From: Tubulanus polymorphus
Lineage: Eukaryota; Animalia; Nemertea
Reading direction: 5' to 3'
DNA: 64,000 bases
NCBI RefSeq assembly: GCF_964204645.1
Contig: NC_134027.1
Coordinates: forward strand, 23,212,560 to 23,276,559
The notes under the pieces were generated by a model that worked only from the letters and a program-made list of their open reading frames with translations, made no database searches and had not been told where the DNA came from. The translations under genes and the position numbers were made by a program. Shown one piece after another: positions 39,745 through 54,329 of this stretch. The first letter of the stretch is position 1; each line of letters starts with the position of its first letter.

Positions 39745-40152
39745 GTCGGTTCCATAGTCGAGTCCATAGTCGAGACTACGTCCAAAATTGGTCTTAAATC
39801 TTAAGACTGGTCTTAAGTTGTTAGATTGTCCATTGAACTAAGAGGATTGTCTTAGACTGGTCTAAAGTCCAAGCCATGGAACCGGCCCCAGGGGCTTGTT
39901 GCATAATCTTGGACTTAAGACCAGTCTAAAACCAACTTGGTTCTATAGCCAATCTAACGACTTAAGACTAGTCTTAAGATTTGAGACCATTTTTGGAGTT
40001 AATTCGCGACTAAGGGCCGGTTGCATAGTTACGGTTTAGACTAAATACCAGTCTAAGACCAATTTAGTTCTATAGCCAATTCAACAACTTACAACCAGTC
40101 ATAAGATTTAAGACCAATTTTGGACTTAAGTCAAGACTATGCAACTGACCCC
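39745..40152. mobile_element. Three adjacent ~130-bp palindromic MITE copies
   Basis: Units bounded by gg(c)cggtt(g/c)cata.. and ..atg(c/g)aac(c/t)g(g/a)ccc with internal ttaagactggtcttaag palindromes. Confidence 0.75.
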
Positions 40153-40524
40153 TGGGTCTGAACACGTCAATCAGTGTTAGGTTCATGGTAGATATCTCAA
40201 AACATATTTCAGAACAATCATATTTTGATAGATTCCACGCGTCAATGTGATTCTGACGCTCCCGAGTAACGCAGGTTTTATGCCGATTTAATATAACAAA
40301 ATGTCTGAAAACACTGGCAATTAGACGCTTTATCGGCAATCTTTCAGTGTGATCGCCCAGGCCCCATGTGTATTCAGCACCTAACCGACCTCAGGGAATT
40401 TTTTTTGAAATTATGGACTACAAACACTTTCGAAATGCGATCATCCAGACTATGCATCGATGAAACGTCCTGAATAATCATGATGAAACACTGTCCGTAT
40501 TGAAACGCCAATACGGTAAAATCC

Positions 40525-40568
40525 TATTCCTGATGATGGCTATTAGGATATAGCGAAACGTTGAAATA
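40525..40568 (+). ncRNA. Minimal hammerhead-ribozyme-like motif
   Basis: tattc-CTGATGA-tg-gctat..atagc-GAAACGTT-gaaata. Confidence 0.55.
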
Positions 40569-43500
40569 AACTCTACTAGCTCAGTAAAAACCTTTTCGAA
40601 CTCTTTGGAAGTATGTTTTCAACGTATTGAGTATCTTAAGTGTTTGGTTAATCGGCGCCGGTCATACCACCATACAGCATTCATCATTAGGTTAGCTTAT
40701 ACCGGCATTCGTGTGTCAGGATGTTCGGGCAATTAATCAGAAATATAACTCACTGATGTCGCGCGACCCGATATTAATTCGTTGTCACGTATTATTTTAT
40801 GAACACTTAATAAATGACAGAGTCAAGAGTAACGCACTGATTAAATACAAAGCAATATAATAAACAAACCGGGGGCATTATGCTTACATGATTCCACTGG
40901 AACTCATATCCTTATCCATATGTTCGTTACTACAGTAATTCGTCCCCTTATGATTCTACACAATCGAATGAAAGTATGAGCAAGCTTTTTTGTCCTGAAA
41001 ACGGCGCGAATGGAATTTTTTGGCATTGATGCAACCCAGGAGTTGCTCAAAATATAAAGTATTGTTTACCATATATGTTAATTAATTCTGTAATTATATA
41101 GTTGAAATTACAGCGCAAAATAAATGTATTCAATTAAAAGGCCCGTTTACTGAGCTGATTGATTGTTCTGTCGATTAGAGACAACAGGATTTAAGCCTAA
41201 GACAATTTTAGTTTTTAAGACTTGGTAAAGCGATTTAAGTTATTTAGCTAATCTTACTACTGGAGAGCTTGAGTCAGAACTCAGTTATAAGAGATGTCGG
41301 CTCTAACTAATCTTTATGATAGATTCAGAGCTATGTAAGCTGATTTTTCTTCTAAAACATCTAACAATCTGAGACCGGTTAAGCTGCTCGTGTTGGGTTT
41401 TCTGGCAAAACCAAAGACCTGAGTAGTCTAAGCTTACAATATGTGGGTTTTGTAGCCGATCCAAGTAACCGCTTAACCACGGACCAGCAACATGATACCA
41501 GTCTTGAAAATGATTTTTGATGCTCATTCCAGAAGCGGATTTAGGGTAGTGGTCTCAGGGGTCCGTATCCCGGCCTTCCCATTGAGGTTGCCCTTTTCGT
41601 AAACATAGATCAATAAAACCTGCCAATTTGACGCTCATCGTTTCGGACATTGCATATATTCCGGTTTATTTTTTAGCCTCCCAAATTACGTAGATCCGCT
41701 CCACATTCAGGACTGCGTGTGCCTTAACATTAAAAGACGGTCAAAGTTGAAACACACTTTTTTTAATCAAAAATTGGTCCCACTTTGTCCCGGTCTGTCG
41801 ATCGGCATATCGGCTGCGTCAACGAGCCGCAATACAGACGAGATGTAATAACGTATATATTGTTGATGATCGTGTAACGGTCGACCTAATAATGTTTGTG
41901 ATCTCATTATTCCACACTGATAGTTATCTCTCGCAGGAATGCCGTGAAACCCATAAATTAATCACCAAACAGAACGTCATGTATATCTATTAATTGTTGC
42001 TTTGTGTATATTTTATCGGATGTCCAGTCGGCCGCTACACCGCAAACATACCTAATTGAAATTGATACGTCCATCGTCTGCCGAGTTGGAGACACCACGT
42101 CCTTGATTAGAAAGACAATTATTAAAGCACATAGACGGGATGGACGGTGATACAATTAACTGCGACCCGAGACTAGTCATTTCATGGACTCTACTTTAAA
42201 CCTCGTAACTTACTCGGATGTTGCCAACTCAGACTTTTGACTAATTCGGAAAAATACGAAATCGTCTTTCCAACTTCCTGACGTATTTTCCTATCCTTAA
42301 CTCGGACATCACTTGCCTGGGTCCAATTTTGCCGGTCCCTGTTAGTCCTAGTTACTTTTATTCCGTTTTCGATATCATCTTTGATAGGCTTGATGAAAAC
42401 AGTAAGTGCCCAAAGCGACTATGAGCAAGTTGATGCGTGTTTAGTAAGATTGTTCGTAGAACAACGCCATTCCCAAATTTTTCAAGGACGACGGGTCGTA
42501 AAAACGGAGTTCGTCGCAGTTTTATCTTAAAATAGGGATTGTCCCTGTTATTCATTCGGTTGGTAAATTTCATTTGATTTTTTTGATTGAGTGTCCCTTA
42601 CAGACCCACCACACCTGCCGGGAGCGAAACAGGGGGTTTGAGTTCGGTGCGTTTTAAATCGATAGTTCGTTGAAATTACATTTTTACTCGAAAAATCTTT
42701 TCTATAGACTCGAAAAAAAAAACAGAAGTTCGGAGTCTTTTTCAACTTTGTACGAATTAATTGTTAGAAGGTTATTATTTCCTCTCTTTCCGGTCCTGTA
42801 TCATTACAAATTTCACCTATACACTAGCTACAATAGAATTCTGTATATAAGTCATCTATCCAGGTCTGTTAATATAGTTGAACCATTTTTAAACCTATGT
42901 TCACTGGATGATAAAGCTTAACTCACTGGATGATAAACCTTAACTCATTGGAGCTTTCATCTAGTTTGGAATAACCCGCTGAACCGAACCAATTGGGGGA
43001 GACACCGACAAATTCAGCCGATCTGAATCCCAAAATGATGTCATCAGAGGAAACCCCAGTTGGTGAACAGAGATGAAAGCTGCGGTAAGTTAAGCTATAT
43101 TATCCAGTGAAAAAAGTCTAAATTGTTCAACTATAATATTACATTTTCCACGAAACTAATTTCATAGCGATACGGTTTTTTGATAAAGTTTATTCATCAG
43201 ATGAAACAATGGGTTTTTCAATTCGTTTTTTTTTTGTTCTCGCACGGCGTGGTAATTTTCGCTCAAGCTATGCGCGTAAAGCCCCGTCACCATGGTACGC
43301 GTAGAACACAGCGTGATGCGCAGGTTTTGCCTCGTTAATTGATGTAATACGTTCGGCACGTCGGCGGTTTCTATATTGTCCCCGATTCGGTCATGTAAAA
43401 TTCACGATTACGCTTGATCATTAAAACCAGACTGTGCGTACATAGGTGAAACATTACCCCAGTCCCCGAGAGGTGTCGGGCCATAAATCATACGCGCTAG

Positions 43501-43756
43501 TTTAGTCGTCGTAATCGACTGCCAGAGTCGGTGGCGGAGTGTTGTCATTAAAAACAATTAGTTTAGTTGAAGTAGGCCGCATCACAAAGGACGGCAGCCA
43601 TCACGGTGATGAAGCTTTTGTTGCGAATGAATCGCTGATTCACCACAATTTCTGATATAGTTGCATCGCACCACAATTTCGGTGATGCCATTGAGAGAAT
43701 CCCACAATGATAACGAAAAACAAAGCCCGAAAATGTTTTCTAAAGCCAGTATAGTT

Positions 43757-43800
43757 TTTTCGACGTTTCGACTATATTCTAATAGTCATCTCCGGGAATA
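43757..43800 (-). ncRNA. Degenerate minimal hammerhead-like motif
   Basis: Minus: tattc-CCGGAGA-t-gactat tagaat atagtc-GAAACGTC-gaaa; first core box mutated. Confidence 0.4.
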
Positions 43801-44571
43801 CTGATTGACAACAGAAATTAAGAAATATAAATACAGTCCAAAACAATGACAGACAAATCTATCAATCAGAGGTGATGTTTCGATGTCATTGGAAATCATT
43901 TTTTTCTGGTCGATGGCTCATAGCCTCGATATAAGAAACTACAATTTCTTAGACGATTTGTTTAATAGAGAGCTCGTAATAATAAGGTGCATTTGTTTAA
44001 AATCCGTTTGTAAAAATCGGTTAGTCGCAGTAAGGACAAATGCGACAGTTTACTGCGAGTTATTCCGAATTGGCTGGTGATAGTGTCACCAGTAAGAAGC
44101 ATGGCTTCCATTGGGGCCGCCATTTTGAATAAGTCGGTTTGATGTTGCTTTACATTTACTTAGCTTTATTTGACAAACTCTTGGTCTTAAAAACAAAGAC
44201 AATTTGAGTGATAAATACAGTACATAAAAAAGATAGATTATATGCGAAGTACAGTTAGGTAGATTTTTAAGAAAAAAGTAAAAAAAATCTCATTATTTTA
44301 CCAATGAAAATACCCAATTTACGAAGTTCGGCTCTGTCTTTGGTTTGCATTAATATATAACTTTTGTTTGAAGAGGTTAGGGTTCGTATAAAGTCGGCTG
44401 TCTAGATAAAATACCGTACTATCATTTATATATGTACAGTTGAAAAGTTGGTGAAATTCGTCCCCATGATCCCATTATCACACAATTTACATGTTCTTTT
44501 GGCACGCTCTGCATTATTCCATCTACCAGATGCAAACGTCCCACAAATTGTTATCTGCAATATGCTAACGG

Positions 44572-44643
44572 TCCTCGGTAGTATAGTGGTGAGTATCCGC
44601 GCCTGTCACGTGCGAGACCCGGGTTCGATTCCCGGCCGGGGAG
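44572..44643 (+). tRNA. tRNA-Asp (GTC)
   Basis: TCCTCGG..CCGGGGAG acceptor stem, anticodon arm cgcgc-ctGTCac-gtgcg, GGTTCGATTCCC, T6 terminator. Confidence 0.95.
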
Positions 44644-47600
44644 ACTTTTTTGCGTCTGCAGATGCTTCTCTAATGCAGCAAAGTCTGATATCTAAGATTT
44701 GAGATAGTCTCGTGTGTTTTATGCAGGTTGCAATTTGTTTAGAACTGGGTTCGTAGGCAGCCGGTAAGGCGATTTATGCGGGCAACCAACCTAATAATAT
44801 TATTCGGTGGTGTTCGATTTCATACAAATTGTAGAAAATCTAAACGCGAATTTCCGTCTGCAAACCCCAGGCGTATCTAGCATTTAAACGCCGTATTGGC
44901 TCTGGAACGATTTTGAGAAAAATGAGATTTGGGCGACGCAGTAGTCGCTAAGCAGATAGATGTTACCCCAATCTCTCCCATTCAAGAATAGTCGTTTTAG
45001 AATGCCTAGAGTTAGGGACATCCACGAAGAAGGAACCGTACATTCGCGGATGCTTCTTTACGATCCCAGTTGTTCGAAGGATTTAAATTCATCATCAAAT
45101 ACCGTGCTAAAACGATTTCTAGTGTCACATGTCAGTTGTCCGCTTGCTATGCTTTCACTAAAACTGAAACTAACATAACTTAAAGCCCAATTGCTAGCGG
45201 TTACTAATACATGTTTTCAACGCAGACATCGATTCAAACTAAGCTTATGCGCTATTTCACGAAACCGAGCCCTGTGGTTACCTTTAAAGAAAAACGGTTT
45301 TTGAACAACCGATCCGTTTCTTACGATTACGATTACGATTACGATTACGATTTTATTTACACTCCAACCATTTCCATGGTATATGGAGGAAAACTATTAC
45401 ACGTGTATATACAAATATTTACAAAACAACACTGAAGTGATTAAAATTTAGAGAATGAAAACGTAACAAAATATATATACATCAACTATTTACAATACTA
45501 TATATACTATTGGAGGGATCTATATACAACTAAGCCGGTCTTAATGAAACACTTTCTTTCAATAGTCTAAGAAGAAAATTTTCAGTAAAAGTATCCGGCC
45601 CTTTACTTTGGAATAACATCAGTGAAAATCTAAAAAACATGGAAAATTCTAAACTGTTCCTAAGAAATTATAGAAAGCAACTTTGTGCTTGATTTTATCA
45701 TACAGTTATTCGAACTAAAATTATTGTTTTTGGAATATTTCAGAAAATAACTGGCTTATTAAATGATTATATCTTAATCAAGCTGTTATCATAGTTTACT
45801 TTGATTGCATTTTGTGTGTTAAGGGTTGACTGTGAGCATATTATTTTCTTTATTGCGTTTCTCTTTTTTTCTTTTCTCTTTTGAGGGACCTGTTTTATAC
45901 AAACTATTCCTTAGTTTCTACAGACCCCTCCAGGGCTAATTTACTGTATTTTGTATTATGCTTTGTACACTATGCTGTAAATTATATTTGAAAAATAAAA
46001 TGTTCAAATCAAATCAATGATGCTTTTGTATACGAAAGCGCGCACCTGTGCTAGGTTCACGTTTTCAACTTTCCCTGCATGAAGAGTATACGCTATTGCG
46101 GAGAACGCGCGCGGTGAGGTTCTGGTAATCTGATTTGTATAGCGTATCCATTTCGAAACGCGTGATAATTCCCATGAACGCATTCGATTAATTGATCCAA
46201 TTAACTAAAAGATTGAACTATTAACTGCGCAAACTTCTCGTCTCATTATCTCATTACATATTCAGAACGGGCTATTAATATTTGATATACCGTTAGCAGT
46301 TCCTGGGGCGATAGACCGACGATCAGTCGACGACAGAAAATAATTTGCCTTCGAAATATTTCCTGATAAATATATATCATTCCTGTATGAAAAATTAATC
46401 GGAATTTATTTTTGACGGCGATCTATTTTTCATAGCGAAAATATTTCTCGAATGATTTCGATGGCAATTTATCATTTAAAGGAAAGAAAGGCCCCTGGGC
46501 CTTTTTTTAAGTAACACGGAGTACGGATTTTTTTAGGAAAAATGGGAGGGTGAAGGAGAGAATTGCTTTTTACAAGAGTTTAAAAAATGAAAAAGCGAAC
46601 AATGAATATTTATCCAATATTCATTTCTTTCGAGTATTTACCACTGCAATGACTGAAAAGTGAAAATTGTGACGAGTTGAATTCAAATGATTGGAGAAAT
46701 GAAGAAAACTTACTTCTAGCAAATAAACAGTTCGAAAATTAAGATTTACAAAAGTCAACGCATCTAGATTTGGAAATAACTGTAAGGGGCTAAGATCACG
46801 TAATGTTCATTTCTGGTTTTATTTTTGGCCAGGCCGCGTTTAGATTTAAGACACTGAACCCCAGTACATTTAGAGCGCATGACAAAACAATGATAGCATA
46901 ACGAAAATCCATCATATATATTGATAATATATAATATATATTGATAATACATAATATATATACCCCATCATATATATTGATAATAATGATAATGATAATA
47001 GGCCTAATAATTATAATTAGTAGCAACAACAATTTACAAAATGATGCTTTACACGCACCCAATATAGTTACTAATTACACGTACATCCTTTTATATTTGC
47101 ATTTTTTTTTCAAATTGGATTGGCACGGAATTTATGCCGGTGAATGCGCCCTGATGATCATGTATGTTTCCATAACATCGCGTGCGGTGTGCGCAGTAGA
47201 AGTAGAGCCCGACGTGTGCGCATTCAGTTAAAATGAACTTGCGCGATTCATTTTCAATACTATTCTGACGCGACGCACTTGGCCATCGATGCTAATTAAC
47301 AATTTCGTTTCGCCTGAGAAATACGTGTTTCGTATAATAGTTTTCCGTCCGCGATATTTTTGCGCGTGTGTGTGACTGTCTGTTCATAACTACGGTAACC
47401 GTAAACCGGTTTAATCATACCGTTGACCGGCTTAATCCGCATCCTATTGTCTGTGAATACGCCGCGCATCCGTCGATACTGATTCCGTAATACGAGTATT
47501 CGGCGGGTTATTTCGGTGCTTTTCTTTTCTTCTCTCACACGTATAGGCGCAGCTCGATGGCTTTATTAGAAGGTTTAATGCACGGGGGTCGACCGGGAAA

Positions 47601-50600
47601 CCTGCACCGACTGCACCAACCACCGGGATTCGAACCCACAACCCCTTTTAGATTTGCATATCCCTTAATAAACAAATTAAACATTACTTACTAAAGTTCT
47701 ATTCATATCGTGTCATGAAGACTGATAGCACACGCTCTTGTAATCACATAAGTTAGACATATAATTCTTTAGGTTTTGATACATTTAGATGCATAAATTA
47801 TGCAAATTAGTTATGTTACCCCGTTGAAAATAACAACCCAGCCGAATTTAACTACAGTTTATTCAAGTAAGCTAACTATGACATTGTGTCTATCGCTTTT
47901 ACCCAATGCCCATCAAGATAAATGGAAATTAAAAACACGGGAACACAGAAACTCGAAAACAACTACGCTTTATTTCCGAAACGTTCTTCCCAAAGCGATG
48001 TTTCTAATTTCTCGTGAGCGCACACGCTACAAGAGAACACTCGGAAACATGTTTCTGCCACAAACATGTTTCTGCCTGTTTCCCTGCGTCGTGTGCGTTG
48101 GGCTTCATAGAAGCTTACGCATAAGAAGAGACCGTGAGACGAATATAAGTTAGGACGTATAAGCCTCGACGATGCGGCGTTCGCGAACCACACGCAAAAT
48201 AATAAACCGATCATGAACGCGAAAGTCTTATTACGATATGTCTCGCACGTCGAGCGCTGAGACAAAATCCTTTTATTTATCTCTCTCTCTGTTTCCGAGC
48301 GAGTGGCGTGTCTTCGGATCGGCTTACGAGACACGATCGCGCACTGACCGCCCATACACCCGGAATACCCCGGCTTCCATATATACCGAACCGGTTCGGT
48401 CATATCCATCATCACTTAGCTAGATTTGATGATGCATATTGCTCGGATTAAGTGCATTTTCGGTAGATAAATAACCGAACGCAATATCTCTGATACGATG
48501 ACTGGTTACACCGTGTCCGAGCTCTGGTGATCCGGGTAAAGCACGCGAGGAGACTTAGTAGTCAACGCCGCGGCCGAACTGTTCGTCTCAGGGGGAAAAT
48601 GAAACCGATTCGTCCGGTCGTTTAAGACGTCACGTAGTAGGGTTTTATTTCGGATCCTCTCCCGATTCGAGTCGTTATATGATCGTGAGCCAGGCGTCCG
48701 TGAATATTGAAATACACTCCCGTCGTCCGTGCTCTGCCTGCGTCAATCCGTATCAGTTGATATAAACCGACTATTTCTAGTCGCGTTTTCTATTTCCAAT
48801 TCAATTTACTACGTGTACGAGTGACGTCATTTGGATAAGTTATATGGCATTACCTGAAGTCGTTTCTATAATTAAGGTCCAATTTCAGGGTTCATAGTGT
48901 TCCCATGACCAATTTCATTAAGGGCTTTCAATGACGTTTAACCTCTGATTCCAGGACTTTCTCGATATCAGGACTTTTTAAAAACTTCCAATTTACATAG
49001 GGTCCATCCAGTGTAAATGATTTCATATACTGTATACCATAGCTGATACGTAACCAAAAGCATTATATTGTAATCGCGTGGTGAGGCGATGCCGTCCAAA
49101 GACCATGACAATAATTTAAGGCCTTAAGAGCCCATTCAATGATATTCCAGGCCTTGAATCGACCCATTCTCACTTGAAACTGTTAAAGACTTTCGAGGAC
49201 CGCTATAAACCCTGCAACTTGTATTTGAAATGGGGAGCCGTGCGAGCGCCATGCAGTACGACACAGTCAATCGCACTCGCCGGGAATGAGACGGTTGACA
49301 TTTTGTAAAAGGAACGACCAATATTTGACCTTCGAACATAACTCCAACATCAATCATCCTGACTTCTTGATTCCATTTGTTCAGCTAATCTTTCAACTCA
49401 AAATCACATCAGACATCGGTTATTTCGGTTTCAACTACCGAGTCAACCCATCTCCCATCCCTCACCCTCCGTTAATTCAACGTTAACCATAGAAAATTCG
49501 ACGCATATTTTTTTCTAATGAAAACAAATTCCTATTCAGTCGCTGTTCGTAGAACCCATTAACAAACGTTCACTCCGCCAGTCTAAAAAGCCATCTTTTG
49601 AGCTGGAAACATGTATTAAGCGGCTTTCTTATACAATAGCACCGCGGCTTTTAACCTGCGGTCTTTTATTTTCAAACGAATATAATATGAAGCTTTTTCG
49701 ACTGCGTCGCACGCGTCCGTTTACAACATAGTCTGAAAAATTAACCCCCTTGAGATCATCGGTAAGTGAAATAACGATGGTTGCACGCAAAGAAATCCCG
49801 TTTTATATGCTTTATTCATTCTATTTACGAGATACCTTAGCCGGGGTTGGACTATTTCGGAACGATTCAATTATGGCGTATGTATGAGATTAAAACCAAC
49901 TGCATAAACATTTGGAAGATAACAAACAGAAATTAAAATCAAAAGTTTTAAAGGCATGATGTTGTGGCTCATAGACGATGGTTCTGACAATGGTCTCTAG
50001 AGCGAGTCCATATCGTCGTATACTTTTACGCCACGACAACCAAAGCAGAACAACAGAATCGAAAGCGAACATTTTTACGACACCCCTCGGGGTGGAGCAT
50101 AATATCTTGGCGAATGACTTCCGATCTTATTCAGTGGCACCTTCCAGTGGGCTCAAACCTCGACAAGAGCTCCGTCTTGCGGGACAAATTCGTTGCAAAT
50201 TCAGTTCAATTAAATGCAATTAATACTTTATTGCTTTTTGAGATATTACATCAGCTTTCGCGCCCTCATATTCTTATCCGAGTACAATAAACCCAGAACA
50301 AAAACATTGAACCGTTTGATCTTCGTTGAAACATTACATTTTTCTCCTCATGATTCTATTTTTCCAAAGTATATTTCTCCATTTTAGTAGTCGAATGAAT
50401 GATCCATGTACAATTGTGGTTTCTATCATTTCTATCTTTTAAGCTGCTCATCTATGCTGGTCCTATTAATGCCTATATCAATGTACTTCCAAAACTGACT
50501 GTGCCACACGCTAGCAAGAAAGAACTTAGTAATTATTTCATTTTTCAAGATCTCTCTTCAAGAAAGGACAATTATTGGTTGTGGATCGTTTTATTTTCCA

Positions 50601-50699
50601 TTCAAAACATTCTTTCGTACAATATCGTGCATATAGAATTCAATAGCAGCTCAATGTGTCGCAGGATATTTCTTTTAGAAATTGACCTTGTTCAAGAAT

Positions 50700-50830
50700 C
50701 TGTAACAAAAATCATAAACCCGGAAGTTATCTTTGATTGGCGCACCGCAGTGCCACCAATCAGAGCACGGTTACATGCAGCAGCACCCTCTGGCTAGGAG
50801 GGCGCTAGCTGACGGCTAGGTTGTCGCGGC
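50700..50830. repeat. Dispersed GC-rich repeat; inverted copy at 61847-61975
   Basis: Clear reverse-complement similarity over ~130 bp. Confidence 0.75.
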
Positions 50831-52990
50831 ATGAATACTATCTCCCGTTCCGAGTTTTGGTTTAAATCTTTTAAATTTGCATAAAGTGGGTTTTAATCTT
50901 GTCATCTATTTTCCATTTTAGAGTTTAGCTTTTCTATTATGGCGTAGGTATTCATAGCAAGACAGTTGCTCCTAAAAAAAAACTCAGGGTGTCCTGAACA
51001 ATGTCCTCTGATTCGACCAGTTCCAATCAATGACCAGAGTTATGTAATCTAAGAAACGTTTTCTTGAATGAAGCCTTTAAGTTTTACTATAAGACTTTCA
51101 CGGAAATCACTTATTCCTTCAGAATACAGAAAAGGTCATCCAAGAAGTAACAAATTGGTCATTTTACCAACTCAAATTATGAGAGTCACCGAATGAAACA
51201 AATAATACGTTTATCAAACTCAAAACCTTAACGATGTATGATATGACCCGACGAATCTGGATAGTCCACACTCGCTACGCCTATCGTTTTCGTCTCATCA
51301 ACTCCCGCTTCCCCTTTGTTGTCTTTCGCATCCAATATTGTGTCTCATTACTGTGACCATCATGTCTTGTTATCCGGAAAATTACTGTTGTATTTTCATG
51401 TAAGCCAAGTCACCGCTGAGGCCAACAAAGATTGTATTTCCTCTTTTTTGAAAATGGTTCTATGCAAATTAACTGAATTGAATTGAATTGGTATTTTGTC
51501 TCGTTACCTGGCCATTATGTCCTGTTAACAGGAATTCTCTTTCAGAAATAACTGTTGTGTCGTTAAGTAAGTTGTCAAGTCTCCACTGAGGCCCACCTAG
51601 ATTGTATTTCCTCTTTTCGAAAGTGTTTCTATACAAACGAATCGAACTAAACAAAATATGACGTCACGTACAAGTCCCCTTGTTCCATTATGGTATCCCT
51701 TCATTTCCTGGATAGTTTCACATTCCGTGTCGGAGAATTTCTACTGTCGTTCAATTTTTCAGTCCATCTGCGGCGACAGAATGAATACGGTCCTCTAGGG
51801 AGGATACGGGTTGGTTGAAATTTGACATGCCATCTCAGTCTCGCGCGATGCGTTCTTCTCGTTTTCTCAAGACAAACCATAAAGCCGGGATCAGTGGGTG
51901 CCGTGCGGCGTGCGCTGAATAATACAAATAATGAATAATTAAGAGAAATCGTTGAAGAGATATTTTATCCACGGAAAACAAATCAAAAACGCAACAAATG
52001 TTACGCTAAAGGTTAAGATTCAAAAATGCAATTTTCATCTTCGAACGAAATACATAGAACATCACTATATAGAGGACGTCCGGTGCGTTACGTCATATTT
52101 AGAGTAATACTCGTCAAATTAAAAGCCAAGCTAACTTTGTCTGATTACTACTCGTTATAGTGTGTTCGCCAAACAACGCTGAAGACTTGATAAGTATAAT
52201 ATCAAACTCCCTCCTCCCTTTGACAGGGATTCGAACCTGATGGCATCGAAACTTGCCACAGCCTAGCGATGCGTCAGTCGGTAGACTGGTCGTCTGTCAA
52301 ATTCTGCGCCACCTGCATTCGCAGTCAGAATGTATAGAGACCGACAACCAGTCTATCAGTCGGTTTTTCCATACTCGGTTTCGCCGCCAATCTTTCAATC
52401 GCGAGATTTCATGAAGTCATCGGTATGTATACATAATTATATTACATAAACGATGAGTTTTGCGCGAGCGCGTCCCTGGAACTTAAATTTGTAAACGAAC
52501 AATCATAGTAAGATATTTTGTAACTTCGACAGCGAAAGTTGTTTAACTTCACGATCTGCAGTTACGAATCGATTCTCACCAATTCGTTTGAGGCTTTCAA
52601 CGATTTTCAATTATCTCTTCACCGAAGTATTAGATTTCGATGTAAGTCCGTTCCACGTCAGTTGATTGAATTAAACCTAATCGAATGTTCTCGTATCGAT
52701 TCTAGTACATCTATTCTATACTTATTTCAATGTAGTTTCGTTTTGTTTACTTGATTTTTGGAATACAAAACCAAAGCATAATTCGTCCCCTGGCAAATGC
52801 GTGTCGAGTCCCCGATTATCCATACATACTAAAAATGATCTGTAAAATTATTAGTCTGTGTGGAGATTACTCGAAATCGAACATTCTTTGTTGTGGACCT
52901 GGAGGATAGTAGTAGATCCAGTGACTTAAGTTGTGACTTAAGTCCGAGAAATTAAGAATGTGGAGTATAGCACAGTGGAGTATATCACTC

Positions 52991-53037
52991 ATTCACCTGA
53001 TGAAGCTTCTATACATTAGTAGCGAAAGCTCGAGCGT
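52991..53037 (+). ncRNA. Minimal hammerhead-ribozyme-like motif (second family)
   Basis: CTGATGA-a-gcttcta..tagtagc-GAAAGCTC; weak stem I. Confidence 0.4.
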
Positions 53038-54287
53038 CAAATAAATAGTTAACCTATATAGTACTACTCGTCTGGCTACTGAGTATAAAACAGATAAGCT
53101 TAGATTGGCCTTAACCTAAGCCATGGCTCACAGATAAAGGTTATCTTTAAGTCAGTCGATGTTGCTGCAACCCGTGATTGACTGCATAACACTCCTGGGT
53201 CCGGTTACCCAGGCATAGATCAAACCGCCTGTGGACTCAATATCGGATGGAGTCGGGCGCTGCTCATATACGGGGATGGTTGGTCGCAATCCGTCCTGGT
53301 GAGATTGTTGATTTCATTCAGGCCGACTAAGTTCCGCCCCCTCGTTGCGACTAGCCCGGGTGCCGTCAAGAGACAGACGCGCGAAAGTTAATCAGCTTTG
53401 ACCTGGCTGTCACGTTCATGAGTCTTTAAAAGTACAAATATTAATTTTCCAAGTAAAGCCAGCATTATACGAATTACACGAATTCGCTAAGTGCATGATG
53501 CTCTCAACAACCGTCATCTTCTCTCAAACCGAACTTCAGATGACTCTCCTATTTCTAAAGGATAGATGCGTCGAACGCAAAGTTAAAAACCTGTCAAACA
53601 GCCCCCGTATATATCACTGCCTCGGGGTGTATTTCGGAGAATACTTACTTTCTGATCAAAAGCTTTGGAAAAGGTTGAAAACTTGATCAAAACTAACAGT
53701 TCGTCGCAGTTACGTTTTTATTCGATAGAAACCTAATTCCTGAAGTAAAAGGCGCTAAGTTTAAAATCGCCACCTGCAAAACGCGCCCCTGGCGGATCTC
53801 TGATTGCCAAACGTAATAGAATGCTTCTTTCGCGGCGGTACTCAGATGTGCCAACCTTTCTAATCTTCGACGAAACCTTTTACCAGATCCCGCGTTCTGC
53901 GTTTATTTGCTGCGAGCAGAGGTGTATCCGAGACTTCAAGAGGCGACGCGAGTCTAGAATTAGAAAATCGATATCGTTTAGTTCCGAATTTTATCTATTT
54001 CGAAATCTTCCAAACGCTGCGCCGTGCCGATCAGTACAGAGAACATAACAGTCTGGCAATAGACGTCAATGTTTGTTTTCCGACCACTGCTGGAATAGAA
54101 GGTTGCCAGATAGACTATAGGGTTATCTAAGACCCGGGGATTTACTCAACTACGTATATATGTCCATTGTGTTACCTCAGGGGTCGGTTTTATGGACTGG
54201 TATTAACATAAACCCATGGACACTCAATTGCTGTTTAGCCCCGGGTTAAGTTGATACCAGCTTAAAAAACTGCCCCTATTTCTGAAG

Positions 54288-54329
54288 TATTCCCGAAGAT
54301 GGCTATTAGAATAGTCGAAAAGTCGAATA
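54288..54329 (+). ncRNA. Degenerate minimal hammerhead-like motif
   Basis: tattc-CCGAAGA-t-ggctatt ag aatagtc-GAAAAGTC-gaata; perfect stem I, two core substitutions. Confidence 0.4.
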
